A stretch of 40,683 bases of DNA from an uncultured Oscillospiraceae bacterium (GCA_900553525.1 USDZ01000001.1:1-40683), one strand, 5' to 3'. Positions 1-9,987 are shown, numbered from the stretch's first letter. The notes: generated by a model not told the origin, from the sequence alone. Numbers and translations: made by a program.

Positions 1-313
1 CCCTAATACGACGCAGTCCCGCCAACGAAAAGACCTGGAATCCCCCGCTGTCGGTCAGAATGGGGCCTTGCCATCCTGTGAAGGCATGGAGCCCCCCGAG
101 TTCCCGGATCAGCTTATCTCCCGGACGGAGATGTAGATGATAGGTATTGCACAGCTGCACCTGGCACTTCAGATCCGCCAGATCATACGCAGAAACCGCT
201 CCTTTGATGGCACCGCAGGTTGCGACATTCATGAACGCCGGGGTTTCGATCGTGCCGTGCGGGGTTGCCAAACGCCCGCGGCGGGCCGCGCCCGCCCGTG
301 TCAGTATCTTCAT
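1..313 (-). CDS. tgt: tRNA-guanine transglycosylase (queuine tRNA-ribosyltransferase), 5' part only; the gene runs off the left edge
   Basis: The minus-strand translation from ATG 313..311 reads [32 protein letters not shown]...[10 protein letters not shown]...[15 protein letters not shown], which matches the conserved Tgt N-terminus. GGGAGG lies 4 nt upstream. It is absent from the ORF track because it has no stop inside the window. Confidence 0.85.
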   Translation of the reverse strand, partial: MKILTRAGAARRGRLATPHGTIETPAFMNVATCGAIKGAVSAYDLADLKCQVQLCNTYHLHLRPGDKLIRELGGLHAFTGWQGPILTDSGGFQVFSLAGLRRIR

Positions 314-440
314 AAAACCTCCCGAAAAAGGGCTGCCAATATGGAAATAGTATACCGCATCTCGAAGGCATCATCAAGAGCCAACATCAAAATCGGACAC
401 GCTTTTTCTCCCCTCTCTCCAAAGGGACAAGTGGAAATAG

Positions 441-469
441 TTGCATCCGCAACCTTTATGTGGTATATT
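441..469 (+). promoter_or_regulatory. Putative sigma-70 promoter of the marR-ABC operon (TTGCAT-17-TATATT); the short inverted repeat GTTGC-N4-GCAAC overlaps the -35
   Basis: TTGCAT at 441-446, a 17-nt spacer, then TGgTATATT at 462-469, about 50 nt upstream of ATG 519. Confidence 0.4.
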
Positions 470-518
470 CTTCTTGCAAATTCAGCCATTAAAAGCAGGT
501 GGTATTGTGGAATCTCTC

Positions 519-962
519 ATGAAGTATATCAGTCGGATTCACCGCTGTTCCGGGCGTTTTCGCCATGATAAAATTGAAGGACTGAATGGCCGACAGCACA
601 TCTATATTTTTCACGTCTGCAAATGTCCCGGGATCTCGCAAGAGCAATTGGCCGGGCGGATATGTGTGAATAAAAGCAATATTACCAGACAACTTGGTCT
701 GCTCGAACAGGAGGGTTTTGTTCGGAGAGAATCCGACCCGGAAGATCGGCGTGTGCTGCGGGTCTATCCAACGAACAAGGCAGAAGCCGTGTTGCCCAGG
801 GTTTATGAACTCATGGAAGACTGGAACCGGCTGTTGCTGGAGGAGTTGAGCCTGGAGGAGCAGATATGCTTGCTCTCTTTACTGAAGCGTATCACTAAGA
901 AAGCTGTCGCCGCAGTAGAACCCGCTCAAACGTCCAGATCGGATAGCACTTCGCCTGTTTGA
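519..962 (+). CDS. MarR family transcriptional regulator
   Basis: Winged-HTH signature ISQEQLAGRICVNKSNITRQLGLLEQEGFVRRESDPEDRRVLRVYPT. I prefer the internal ATG at 519 over the ORF-track start 441, which overlaps the promoter. Confidence 0.85.
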   Translation: MKYISRIHRCSGRFRHDKIEGLNGRQHIYIFHVCKCPGISQEQLAGRICVNKSNITRQLGLLEQEGFVRRESDPEDRRVLRVYPTNKAEAVLPRVYELMEDWNRLLLEELSLEEQICLLSLLKRITKKAVAAVEPAQTSRSDSTSPV

Positions 963-1007
963 AAACTCGCCGCCAATCCCAATTTCCGAAAGGCTGGGTA
1001 TTTCGCT

Positions 1008-2723
1008 ATGGACCGGATTTTTCAGTATCTGAAACCCTATCTGCCGCGCATGTCTGTTGGTTTAATCATTAAGTTTGTCGGAACCATCATGGATCTGCTT
1101 CTTCCCGGAATCTTGTCTTATATTATCGACAATGTTGTTCCCCTGAAAAACGTCCCGTTGATCTTCTTTTGGGGTGGAGTTATGATCTTCTGCGCGGCAA
1201 TAGCGCTGATTACGAATATTGTGGCTAATCGTATGGCCTCGTGGGTTGCCCAGCATACCACGGAAGCTCTGCGGCACGACCTGTTTTCCAAAATTTCCCA
1301 TCTTTCGTGTAAACAGATCGACGAATACACCATTCCTTCCCTGGAGTCTCGTCTGACTTCGGATACCTACAATGTCCATCAGATGATCGGCATGATGCAG
1401 CGTCTGGGTATTCGGGCGCCCATCCTGCTCATAGGCGGCATCCTGATCACGTTGCTTCTTGAACCGGTCCTCTCCCTGGTGCTGATCGCCGTTCTCCCTC
1501 TTATCGCTTTTGTGGTATATGGGGTTTCCAGAAAAGGGATTCCCCTGTACACGAAGCTGCAACAAGGCGTAGATGCCATGGTACGCACCGTTAGGGAAAA
1601 CATCACCGGTATCCGGGTAATCAAAGCGCTTTCCAAAACCGATTACGAAAAAGAGCGTTTTTCCACTGTAAACGGTCAGGTGGTGATTCGGGAAAAAAAG
1701 GCCGGAATGACCATGGCTTTGACCAATCCCCTGATGAATCTCTTTTTAAACTTAGGGTTGACAGCGGTTATCGTCGTAGGAGCCTTTCGAGTAAATGGGG
1801 GGCTGACCCAGCCTGGTAAGATATTGGCTTTCCTGACCTATTTCACCATCATTTTAAACGCCATGCTCTCCATCACCCGTATGTTCGTGATGTTTTCGAA
1901 AGGAAGCGCCTCGGCCGGGCGAATCCGCGAGGTATTGGATACGCCGGAAGAGCTGTCCATTGGCCGGCCGGATTCAATTGATGTATCCTATCACATTCTC
2001 TTTCATCATGTCACCTTTTCCTATCAAAAAAAGGAGGATAACGTGCGGGATATCTCTTTCCGTCTAAAGCGGGGGGAAACGCTGGGCATCATAGGGGCCA
2101 CCGGCTGCGGCAAGAGTACCATTGTTTCCCTGTTGATGCGTCTGTATGACGTGGATTCGGGGGAGATTCGGATTGACGGGCAAAAGGTAGAGTCGATTCC
2201 AGCGGAAGTCCTGCACACAAAATTCGGGGTCGTCTTTCAAAACGATGTTCTGTTTGCCGACACCATTGCGGAAAATATCGATTTTGGTCGAAAACTGCCT
2301 CGAGAACAAATCGAAAAAGCGGCACAATGCGCACAGGCGATGGAATTTATCCGCTCTCTTCCCGATGGCTTTGAACATCGGCTGACGGCCAAGGGAACGA
2401 ATCTGAGCGGCGGTCAGAAGCAGCGTCTTCTCATTGCCCGCGCTCTCGCCGGTAATCCAGAAATTCTAATACTGGACGATTCCTCGAGCGCTCTGGACTA
2501 CAAAACCGATGCTCTTCTTCGCCATGCCTTGGCCGCTGAATTTCAGGGTACGACCACCATTGTCATTGCCCAGCGGATTAGTTCTATCCTCCATGCCGAT
2601 CACATTCTGGTCCTGGAAGAAGGGCGGGAACTCGGGTACGGCACTCATGAGGAACTGATGGATACCTGTGAACTTTACCGGGAGATCAGCCGGTCGCAGA
2701 TGGGAGGTGGGGAGGTTGCCTAA
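1008..2723 (+). CDS. ABC exporter, fused permease/ATPase half-transporter carrying the degenerate-site Walker B
   Basis: Six-TM N-terminal half, Walker A GATGCGKST, signature LSGGQKQR, and Walker B ILILDD followed by S, so Asp replaces the catalytic Glu. Confidence 0.9.
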   Translation: MDRIFQYLKPYLPRMSVGLIIKFVGTIMDLLLPGILSYIIDNVVPLKNVPLIFFWGGVMIFCAAIALITNIVANRMASWVAQHTTEALRHDLFSKISHLSCKQIDEYTIPSLESRLTSDTYNVHQMIGMMQRLGIRAPILLIGGILITLLLEPVLSLVLIAVLPLIAFVVYGVSRKGIPLYTKLQQGVDAMVRTVRENITGIRVIKALSKTDYEKERFSTVNGQVVIREKKAGMTMALTNPLMNLFLNLGLTAVIVVGAFRVNGGLTQPGKILAFLTYFTIILNAMLSITRMFVMFSKGSASAGRIREVLDTPEELSIGRPDSIDVSYHILFHHVTFSYQKKEDNVRDISFRLKRGETLGIIGATGCGKSTIVSLLMRLYDVDSGEIRIDGQKVESIPAEVLHTKFGVVFQNDVLFADTIAENIDFGRKLPREQIEKAAQCAQAMEFIRSLPDGFEHRLTAKGTNLSGGQKQRLLIARALAGNPEILILDDSSSALDYKTDALLRHALAAEFQGTTTIVIAQRISSILHADHILVLEEGRELGYGTHEELMDTCELYREISRSQMGGGEVA

Positions 2724-4488
2724 GGGCCCGCGTGGTATTCCGGATAAACCCAAAGATCGCAAAAAAGTCTTACTTCGTATGTGGAAATATCTTTATCGTT
2801 TCAAGTGGATGGTATTCTTCGCTCTATTGCTGACGGTGGCGAGCAACCTGTTCGCATTAATCGGCCCTACCCTGTCCGGGCGGGCTATCGATGCCATCGG
2901 TACCGTGCCGGGTGAAGTCGATTTCCCCCGGGTATTCTTTTACTGCGGGCTGATGATCTTATTTTATTTGCTCTCTTCCCTGTTCTCCTATGTTCTTTCT
3001 GTTCTGATGATCCGATTGAGTCAAAAAGTGGTTTTTCAGATGCGGGAGGATGTTTTTCGCCATCTTGTGGAACTGCCGGTTCGATATTTTGACAGTCATC
3101 AGACGGGTGACATCATCAGCCGTATTTCTTACGACATCGACACGGTCAACGCCTCCCTATCCAATGACCTGCTTCAGGTGGCGACCAGCTTCATCACGGT
3201 AGTCGGCTCTCTCATCATGATGCTGGCCATTTCTCCGCTGTTGGTTCTCGTGTTTGCAGTGACGATCCCCATTTCCATTGTGTTTACCCGCTATATGACC
3301 CGCAAAGTACGGCCATTGTTCCGAAACCGGTCGCTCAAGCTCGGGGAACTCAACGGGTTTGTCGAAGAAATCATCACCGGCCAGAAAACGATTAAGGCCT
3401 ATCACCAGGAACAGACTATGGTCGGCCGTTTCGACGTTAAGAATAAGGAAGCGGTGGATGCGTATTACAATGCCGACTACTACGGGAGTATGACCGGGCC
3501 ATCGGTGAATTTCATCAATAATCTCTCCTTGTCGCTCATCAGCATGTTCGGAGCTATACTCTTTTTATTCGGAAAATTGGGACTTGGCGCACTCTCTTCT
3601 TTTGTTCTCTATTCCCGGAAGTTTTCCGGTCCGATCAACGAGATTGCCAATATCATCAGCGAGCTGCAATCCGCCTGCGCGGCCGCGGAACGTGTATTTC
3701 TTCTCATTGACGAACCCGTCGAGCCGGAGGATGTTCCAGGAGCCGCTATGCTCGATCATGTGCGCGGATCCGTCGAAATGGAACATATCCGGTTTGGCTA
3801 TTTGCCGGATAAAACCGTTATCCAGGATCTGAGTTTGAAGGCGGAACCCGGAAATTTAGTGGCAATCGTGGGTCCAACAGGAGCCGGCAAAACTACAGTT
3901 ATCAATCTGCTGATGCGTTTCTATGACCCGGATGCCGGCCATATCCATCTGGACGGAAAAGAGATCCGGCAGGTGACCCGAAAAAGCCTGCGGCTCGCCT
4001 ATGCCATGGTTCTTCAGGACACTTGGCTCTTTCACGGCTCCATTTTCGACAACATCGCCTACGGCAAAAAGAATGCCACACGGGAGGAGGTGGAAGCGGC
4101 CGCCAAGGCAGCCAAAATCCATTCTTATATATCCCGTCTGCCGGAGGGATACGATACCATCCTTAATGAGGACGGCATGAACATTTCTCAGGGGCAGAAA
4201 CAACTGTTGACTATCGCGCGGGCCATGCTTCTCGATGCCAATATGCTTATCCTCGATGAAGCCACCTCCAATGTGGATACGCGGACGGAAATTCAAATCC
4301 AGGAGGCCATGCGCACATTGATGAAAGGAAAGACTTGCTTTGTAATCGCCCATCGTCTTTCCACAATTCAGAATGCGGATACCATTCTGGTAGTCCGGAA
4401 CGGCGACATAGTGGAACAGGGCGACCACCACAGTTTGATGGAACGGGGCGGCGTTTATGCCGGTCTATATCGGTCTCAGTTCCAATAA
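2716..4488 (+). CDS. ABC exporter, fused permease/ATPase half-transporter, partner of the previous gene
   Basis: Walker A GPTGAGKTT, non-canonical signature ISQGQKQL, Walker B MLILDEATS. The likely start is TTG 2716, behind GGAGGTGGGGAGG, and overlaps the upstream stop. The ORF-track start 2668 lies inside the upstream gene. Confidence 0.9.
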   Translation: MPKGPRGIPDKPKDRKKVLLRMWKYLYRFKWMVFFALLLTVASNLFALIGPTLSGRAIDAIGTVPGEVDFPRVFFYCGLMILFYLLSSLFSYVLSVLMIRLSQKVVFQMREDVFRHLVELPVRYFDSHQTGDIISRISYDIDTVNASLSNDLLQVATSFITVVGSLIMMLAISPLLVLVFAVTIPISIVFTRYMTRKVRPLFRNRSLKLGELNGFVEEIITGQKTIKAYHQEQTMVGRFDVKNKEAVDAYYNADYYGSMTGPSVNFINNLSLSLISMFGAILFLFGKLGLGALSSFVLYSRKFSGPINEIANIISELQSACAAAERVFLLIDEPVEPEDVPGAAMLDHVRGSVEMEHIRFGYLPDKTVIQDLSLKAEPGNLVAIVGPTGAGKTTVINLLMRFYDPDAGHIHLDGKEIRQVTRKSLRLAYAMVLQDTWLFHGSIFDNIAYGKKNATREEVEAAAKAAKIHSYISRLPEGYDTILNEDGMNISQGQKQLLTIARAMLLDANMLILDEATSNVDTRTEIQIQEAMRTLMKGKTCFVIAHRLSTIQNADTILVVRNGDIVEQGDHHSLMERGGVYAGLYRSQFQ

Positions 4489-4530
4489 ACACAAAGCGGC
4501 ATCTATTTTGCCAAAGTGCGATAACGAAGT

Positions 4531-4589
4531 GAACAGCCCCCACTTATTAGGAAGTATGAGATATACTCCATAACAAGTGAGGGCTGTTC
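4531..4589. other. Long imperfect hairpin between the convergent ABC and pepF genes
   Basis: GAACAGCCC (4531-4539) pairs with GGGCTGTTC (4581-4589). The inner arms ACTTATTAGGAAGTAT and ATACTCCATAACAAGT are partly complementary. There is no clear U-tract on either strand. Confidence 0.4.
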
Positions 4590-4695
4590 GGATCGTCACT
4601 GGGAGAGCAACGTGGAAGAGGCTCTTATTAACATCCACAATGCCCCGGATATCGATTTCTCACGGTTATACGGCAACCCGAAAACGACGAGCCTT

Positions 4696-6501
4696 TTATT
4701 GCAGCAGACGTTCCATATCATCCACCAAATCTGCGAACTCCCGCAAGGCCTCCTCCACCGGCGCCGGAGTGCTCATGTCTACGCCGGCACGTTTAAGGGT
4801 ATTGGCCGGATAATCGCTGCCTCCCGCGTGTAGGAAATCCAAATACGGTCCGACCTCTCCCCCGTCCAGGATTCTCCGGCTAATTGCGGCAGCAGCGGAA
4901 AAGCCAGTCGCATATTTAAATACATAAAATGCCCGGTAAAAATGCGGGATCCGCGCCCATTCCCAGTTCATATAGTCGTCAATGGCCACAGATGGACCAA
5001 AATAAACCTCCAGAAGCTGCCGATAAACATGGCAGAGCGTCTCGGCGGTCAGGGGCTCGCCCGCCTCGGCCATCCGGTGGACCTCCAACTCAAATTCTGC
5101 AAACATGGTCTGACGAAACACCGTTCCCCGAAATTCCTCAAGATACCGATTGATAAGAAAAGCTTTTTCCTTGCGCCCTTCTTCTGTGGAAACATCGCAG
5201 CGGGACATCATGCCCCGCATCAGGATGTTTTCATTGACGGTCGAGGCGATCTCGGCGAGGAAAATCGGGTAATCCTTATTGACATAGGGCTGCGTATTGG
5301 AATATTGGGTATGCAGGCAGTGCCCCGCTTCGTGCGCCAGGGTGAAGACATCCCCGAGCTGTCCCGCAAAATTGAGCAACATATAGGGATGCACACCGTA
5401 TACATCCGTTGCATAGGCGCCGGTGGTTTTGCCCGGTGTCTCATAGACATCGACTTTGCCCCCGGACAACAACTCCTTCAAATCACGGATATACCCTTCT
5501 CCCAGCGGGGTGAGAAAGGTGAGTACGGCGCCTTTGGCCTCTTCGTAGGTGTATTCCACCTCCGGCATCTCCACCACCGGCACATAACAATCATAAATGT
5601 GTAGCTGGTCCACCCCCAGCAGTCGGCGGCGCAACTCCAAATACCGGTAATAGACCGGCAACGCAGACCGCACAGTCTGGATGAGACCGGTATAGATAGA
5701 ACGAGGCAGGGCATCGGCGAACAACGCGGCATCCAGACTGTCCGCATATCCCCGAACCCTGGCCGAAAAGACATCCGCCTTTACCTGACCAGAATAAAGC
5801 GCCGCAATGGTGTTGCCCATCTTTTGAAAGGCGCCGTGCAGGGCTTCAAAGGCCTCTTCCCTCACCCGCCGGTCCCGGCTTTCCCGCATCCGGGCAAAAA
5901 GGCCGTCAGTCAGCATCACCCGGTTTCCGGACTCGTCCGTCACCTCGCCACGGCCGAGATCCACGCTGTCCAACATAGAAAAGGCATTATCCATCGACTC
6001 GAGCGCCGGAGACGCCATGGCGAGGATCTGCTCTTCCCTGGAGGACAGAACATGGGCCCTGGAACGGATCACGTTGTCGATCATATGATGGAAATCCTGG
6101 AGTTCCGAACGTCGTTTCACCACGTCCCGCAGCCATGCCGGATCGAGAGAAGTCAGTTCCGGAAGCAAAAACGCCGTTTTCTCCTGGATTTGAAAAAGCA
6201 GGGTCATGGCCCGCTCCTGCATCGACTGAGCTGTGGGAGACGCATTGTCAAGATCTTGCAACATCCGGGCGTAACCGTATACCTTTTCCAAAGTCATAGA
6301 TAGCTTCTCATCCAGAAGAAGGCAGGATACCAGTGCGTCTTCTTCTCCCAAACGGCCGGCATACGCCGCGACCTGGTCCCCTATGGGCTGCAAAGAGGCA
6401 AAATCCCGTTCCCAAGCCGCTGTGTCCGGATAGATATCTTCCATTCTCCACTTGTATTCCTCCTGGATTTCCTCCCGATTCATTTTCTGCGTCCCCTGCA
6501 T
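4696..6501 (-). CDS. pepF: Oligoendopeptidase F (M3B family)
   Basis: Zinc motif HEAGH (TLAHEAGHCLH) and PepF-like N-terminus EEIQEEYKWRMEDIYP. ATG 6501 has AAAGGAG 8 nt upstream. The ORF-track start 6594 would overlap the upstream gene. Confidence 0.9.
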   Translation of the reverse strand: MQGTQKMNREEIQEEYKWRMEDIYPDTAAWERDFASLQPIGDQVAAYAGRLGEEDALVSCLLLDEKLSMTLEKVYGYARMLQDLDNASPTAQSMQERAMTLLFQIQEKTAFLLPELTSLDPAWLRDVVKRRSELQDFHHMIDNVIRSRAHVLSSREEQILAMASPALESMDNAFSMLDSVDLGRGEVTDESGNRVMLTDGLFARMRESRDRRVREEAFEALHGAFQKMGNTIAALYSGQVKADVFSARVRGYADSLDAALFADALPRSIYTGLIQTVRSALPVYYRYLELRRRLLGVDQLHIYDCYVPVVEMPEVEYTYEEAKGAVLTFLTPLGEGYIRDLKELLSGGKVDVYETPGKTTGAYATDVYGVHPYMLLNFAGQLGDVFTLAHEAGHCLHTQYSNTQPYVNKDYPIFLAEIASTVNENILMRGMMSRCDVSTEEGRKEKAFLINRYLEEFRGTVFRQTMFAEFELEVHRMAEAGEPLTAETLCHVYRQLLEVYFGPSVAIDDYMNWEWARIPHFYRAFYVFKYATGFSAAAAISRRILDGGEVGPYLDFLHAGGSDYPANTLKRAGVDMSTPAPVEEALREFADLVDDMERLLQ

Positions 6502-6514
6502 GGCTATCGCTCCT

Positions 6515-6907
6515 TTATTCAGATGATTCGATGGACAAGTTGATTCCTTTTTGCCGCAGATTGTACAGGCATTCCTCAAGGTATTTTCGGTCATGCTCCG
6601 GATAGACTGGCCTGCGGCAGGCCAGCTCCGCTATCTGTGCCGCGTCGATATTCCAAGGATCGCAGCGGCGTCCGCGATACCGGGGTGAGACCCATTTCGG
6701 CTCGACCCGATAGCCGCGACGAGCCATTTCCATCATCACCCGCAGATGATACACAATCAGATATTCGGGCGGGTGAGAAAACACATAGTCCACCACCGCG
6801 TGCTTTTTTCCCCATGAAAGGCCCCTGAGTGCGCAGCATTCCCGGTGCTGCCCAAGCAACTGTGCCCGTGGCAGATGGAAAAGCAGTCCCTCATGCCAAA
6901 GTCGCAT
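6515..6907 (-). CDS. TIGR02328-like conserved protein (pyrimidine-dimer glycosylase-like family, assignment tentative)
   Basis: MRLWHEGLLFHLPRAQLLGQHRECCALRGLSWGKKHAVVDYVF matches my recollection of the TIGR02328 family signature. ATG 6907 is preceded by GAAGGAGGA. Confidence 0.65.
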   Translation of the reverse strand: MRLWHEGLLFHLPRAQLLGQHRECCALRGLSWGKKHAVVDYVFSHPPEYLIVYHLRVMMEMARRGYRVEPKWVSPRYRGRRCDPWNIDAAQIAELACRRPVYPEHDRKYLEECLYNLRQKGINLSIESSE

Positions 6908-7040
6908 CCAGCATCCTCCTTCGTCAGGATATGGATTTCCCGAAGGTAGTATGACCGCGGCCATCGCAAGCCAATCACCCTCCGCCTGCATAAAATGGAG
7001 TGATGAACCATTCTCTTACAGAAAGGACGGAGATGGCCGC

Positions 7041-7529
7041 ATGTATGGCTATGACCGTGAAAAAGCGGTTGCATACGCACACAAATGGGCCTACGGACGC
7101 AACCCGGCTTACAGCGATTTTTCGGACATGGGAGGTGACTGCACCAACTTTGTCTCTCAATGTCTCCGCGCCGGCGGGGCCTCAATGAATTATACGCCAA
7201 CGTTCGGTTGGTATTACGCTTCCTTAAACAACCGGGCGCCCGCCTGGACGGGAGTCCAACCCTTCTACCGTTTTATCACCACCAACGCCAAAACCGGTCC
7301 ATACGGATGGCCTGCCGAACTGCATCAACTGCAAATCGGGGATGTCATGCAGCTGTCCTTCGACAATGGCGTCACCTTTGGACATACGGCCTTAATTGTC
7401 TCGGTCGGCGAACACCCCACGCCCGATAATGTATGGGTAGCCACGCACAGCGAGGACGCCGACAACCGGGCGATCTCCCATTGGTCCTACGCACTGCCGC
7501 GATTTCTGCATATTGAAGGAAGCCGCTAG
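7041..7529 (+). CDS. Putative amidase-domain protein (Amidase_6-like)
   Basis: YDREKAVAYAHKWA...GGDCTNFVSQCLRAGG...GWYY...WTGV...GDVMQL...GHTALIV is the typical pattern of the putative-amidase domain. ATG 7041 follows GAAAGGACGGAG. Confidence 0.7.
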   Translation: MYGYDREKAVAYAHKWAYGRNPAYSDFSDMGGDCTNFVSQCLRAGGASMNYTPTFGWYYASLNNRAPAWTGVQPFYRFITTNAKTGPYGWPAELHQLQIGDVMQLSFDNGVTFGHTALIVSVGEHPTPDNVWVATHSEDADNRAISHWSYALPRFLHIEGSR

Positions 7530-7569
7530 ACCACTGTAAAACTGCTGTGACAGATGGAAATTCTACCAG

Positions 7570-8301
7570 TCAAACGGCGAATCCGCCGTCCACTCCGAGT
7601 ATCTGCCCAGTGATAAAATCGGCTCCGGAAGACGCGAGAAAATACAAAGCTGACGCCACATCCTCCGGAGTTCCCAACCGCCCAAGCGGCGTCTCCTCGG
7701 CAAGAGAACAACGGGTCTCCTCACCCAACCCGGCACACATGGCTGTGTCAATCACCCCCGGCGCGACACAATTCACCTGAATACAAGAAGGCCCCAATTC
7801 CTTCGCAAGCGCTTTGGTCAGCCCAATCAGCCCGGCCTTTGCCGCGGAGTAGGCTGCCTCACAGGAAGCTCCCGTTATCCCCCACACGGAGGATACAAAC
7901 AGGATTTTTCCCCGTTTCCGCCGCACCATACCGGGAATGACATGCCGACATCCATAATACGCGCCGTCTAGATGAACTCCCATCAGAGCACGCCATTCCT
8001 CAGGTTGTAAATCGGTCAGAAGTTTTTGGGAAGCGATGCCTGCGTTGTGAATAAAGACAGAGATTTCACCAAAAGCTTCTTCGGTCTGCCGGACCATCCG
8101 CGCCACCTCTCGGTCGTCTGACATATCCGCCTCAACGAGGAGCGCGTCAGCCCCTACCGCTTCCAACTCTTGGACAAGAACCTCCGCTGCCCGGCGGGAC
8201 TGGTGGTAATGCACCGCCACGGCGTAGCCCTGCTTTGCAAACAACCGCGCCGCAGCACGGCCGATTCCGCCCGAAGCCCCTGTAATGAGTACCGTCTGCA
8301 C
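7570..8301 (-). CDS. SDR family oxidoreductase (FabG-like 3-oxoacyl reductase fold)
   Basis: TGASGGIGRA cofactor motif, NAG motif and the YSAAK catalytic motif. GTG start at 8301. Confidence 0.9.
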   Translation of the reverse strand: MQTVLITGASGGIGRAAARLFAKQGYAVAVHYHQSRRAAEVLVQELEAVGADALLVEADMSDDREVARMVRQTEEAFGEISVFIHNAGIASQKLLTDLQPEEWRALMGVHLDGAYYGCRHVIPGMVRRKRGKILFVSSVWGITGASCEAAYSAAKAGLIGLTKALAKELGPSCIQVNCVAPGVIDTAMCAGLGEETRCSLAEETPLGRLGTPEDVASALYFLASSGADFITGQILGVDGGFAV

Positions 8302-8336
8302 ACTCCCACCCCACCATCGAGTAAAGTTTTATGCCA

Positions 8337-8816
8337 TTACAAGTCCAGCGTAATCTGTTTATGACCCGGCGTGTAAGCACGAAGAATGACACCTGTCAAT
8401 CCGAACATCCTTTTGGACGCCGTTACAGCATCGGTGTCGGCGTATTTATCTTGTAAGTACACCACTTCCCGGATGCCCGACTGAATAATGGCCTTAGCGC
8501 ATTCATTGCAGGGAAACAGTGTGGTGTAAAGTTTTGCACCTTTCAAGCCAGTACGTCCATGATTGAGAATGGCATTCAGTTCGGCGTGACAGACGTACAG
8601 ATATTTGGTCTCCAGAGGTGTCCCCTCACGATCCCAGGGCATTATATCGTCGCTGCACCCTGCCGGCATACCATTGTAGCCGACCGATAAGATTTTATTA
8701 TCCTCCCCTACGATGCAAGCCCCAACCTGGGTGCCGGGATCCTTGCTGCGCTGGGCCGACAGCAGAGCAATCCCCATAAAATACTCGTCCCACGACAGAT
8801 AATCGTTTCGCTTCAT
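8337..8816 (-). CDS. dCMP (deoxycytidylate) deaminase
   Basis: Zinc motifs CHAELNAI and PCNECAK. The ATGA overlaps the mutY stop. Confidence 0.9.
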   Translation of the reverse strand: MKRNDYLSWDEYFMGIALLSAQRSKDPGTQVGACIVGEDNKILSVGYNGMPAGCSDDIMPWDREGTPLETKYLYVCHAELNAILNHGRTGLKGAKLYTTLFPCNECAKAIIQSGIREVVYLQDKYADTDAVTASKRMFGLTGVILRAYTPGHKQITLDL

Positions 8817-9958
8817 GGCATTTTTCCATCCTTTCCTTTATTCAGCCCGTCTCCATCCCCATTTGGAGTCAACAGTATGGGCAAAAGGGAAGCGTAGGCA
8901 CGGAAAGCGCTTGGCAGAGCCAAGTGCTCCGCCATCTCCCGAGCCGTTACAAGACGGCAGTCCGCAGGCGGATCAAAAGGCGGCGCCATCAGCAGCATTC
9001 CCTGCATCCGCCATTCCACATGAGAGAAGATATGGCGGCCTTTGCCGAGGGACTGTGTGGAAACCGGGCGGATTCCCCAAGCGGAGGCCACTTGTTCCGC
9101 CATTGCCCGCAGGAAGGATTCGTCGTCCGATTCAGCAGGCAGTTCCAGTCCCGGCAATTCCCATAAGCCGGCCAGCAAGCCTTTGAAAGGGCGGCGGTGA
9201 AGCAGGACATGGGGTACGTTTTCCTCCGTCACCACCACCAGAATCAAGCGATACTCAACCCGTCGGGCTTTCTTAGGAGAACGGACAGGCAATTCTCGGG
9301 CAATCCCTTCGGCGGCCCCCCTGCACAACGGACGAAGCGGACAAGCCCCACAGCGCGGTTCGGTATTGGGCAGACAGACCGTCTCTCCCAGTTCCATCAC
9401 CGCCTGATTGAAGGCGCCGGGAGTGTTCTCCGGCACTTGGGACAATACCACTTCGGAAAGGGCTTTTTTCACTGCCGGACGGAGTACATCCTCCTTGCAG
9501 GCGGTCAGGCGGGCGAATACCCGCAGGACGTTGCCGTCCACGGCGGCAGCCCTTCGTCCATAGGCAATCGACGCCACAGCCCCGGCGGTATACGCCCCGA
9601 TCCCGGGCAGGCGGAGAAGCTCCTCCACCTGGTCGGGTATGTAGCCTCCGTATTCCTCCACGACTATCCGAGCGGCCTTCTGCAGGTTCCGGACCCGACT
9701 GTAATACCCCAGCCCTTCCCACAGCTTGAGCAGAAGCTCCTCTGGCGCTTCGGCGAGGGCGGCAACATCCGGAAGGGTCTCCATAAACCGGTCGAAATAA
9801 GGCAGGACAGCCTCCACACGGGTTTGCTGCAGCATGATTTCGGATACCCATACCCGATAAGGAGTCGGGGTCTCCCGCCAAGGCAAGGGACGGACGTGCA
9901 GGCGGTACCAATCCAGCAGGGGCGCCGCCATGCCGTCCAGCGTCTTGTCCGGCTCCAT
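8813..9958 (-). CDS. mutY: A/G-specific adenine DNA glycosylase
   Basis: PWR...PYRVWVSEIMLQQT, an HhH-GPD region LPGIGAYTAGAV, the 4Fe-4S cluster C-X6-C-X2-C-X5-C (CLPNTEPRCGACPLRPLC), and a C-terminal NUDIX-like domain. I prefer ATG 9958, which does not overlap the upstream gene. Confidence 0.9.
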   Translation of the reverse strand: MEPDKTLDGMAAPLLDWYRLHVRPLPWRETPTPYRVWVSEIMLQQTRVEAVLPYFDRFMETLPDVAALAEAPEELLLKLWEGLGYYSRVRNLQKAARIVVEEYGGYIPDQVEELLRLPGIGAYTAGAVASIAYGRRAAAVDGNVLRVFARLTACKEDVLRPAVKKALSEVVLSQVPENTPGAFNQAVMELGETVCLPNTEPRCGACPLRPLCRGAAEGIARELPVRSPKKARRVEYRLILVVVTEENVPHVLLHRRPFKGLLAGLWELPGLELPAESDDESFLRAMAEQVASAWGIRPVSTQSLGKGRHIFSHVEWRMQGMLLMAPPFDPPADCRLVTAREMAEHLALPSAFRAYASLLPILLTPNGDGDGLNKGKDGKMP

Positions 9959-9987
9959 AGGTTTTATCCCCTTTCTAGCTATCCGTA

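Noticed and set aside
4696-6594. Long 5' extensions of several track ORFs (pepF to 6594, mutY to 10027, cca to 13487, arsC-like to 20441, yjbQ to 20799, MarR from 441, ABC1 kinase from 25443)
   Set aside because: In each case an internal start with a Shine-Dalgarno sequence gives the family-typical N-terminus and removes the overlap with the neighbouring gene or promoter.
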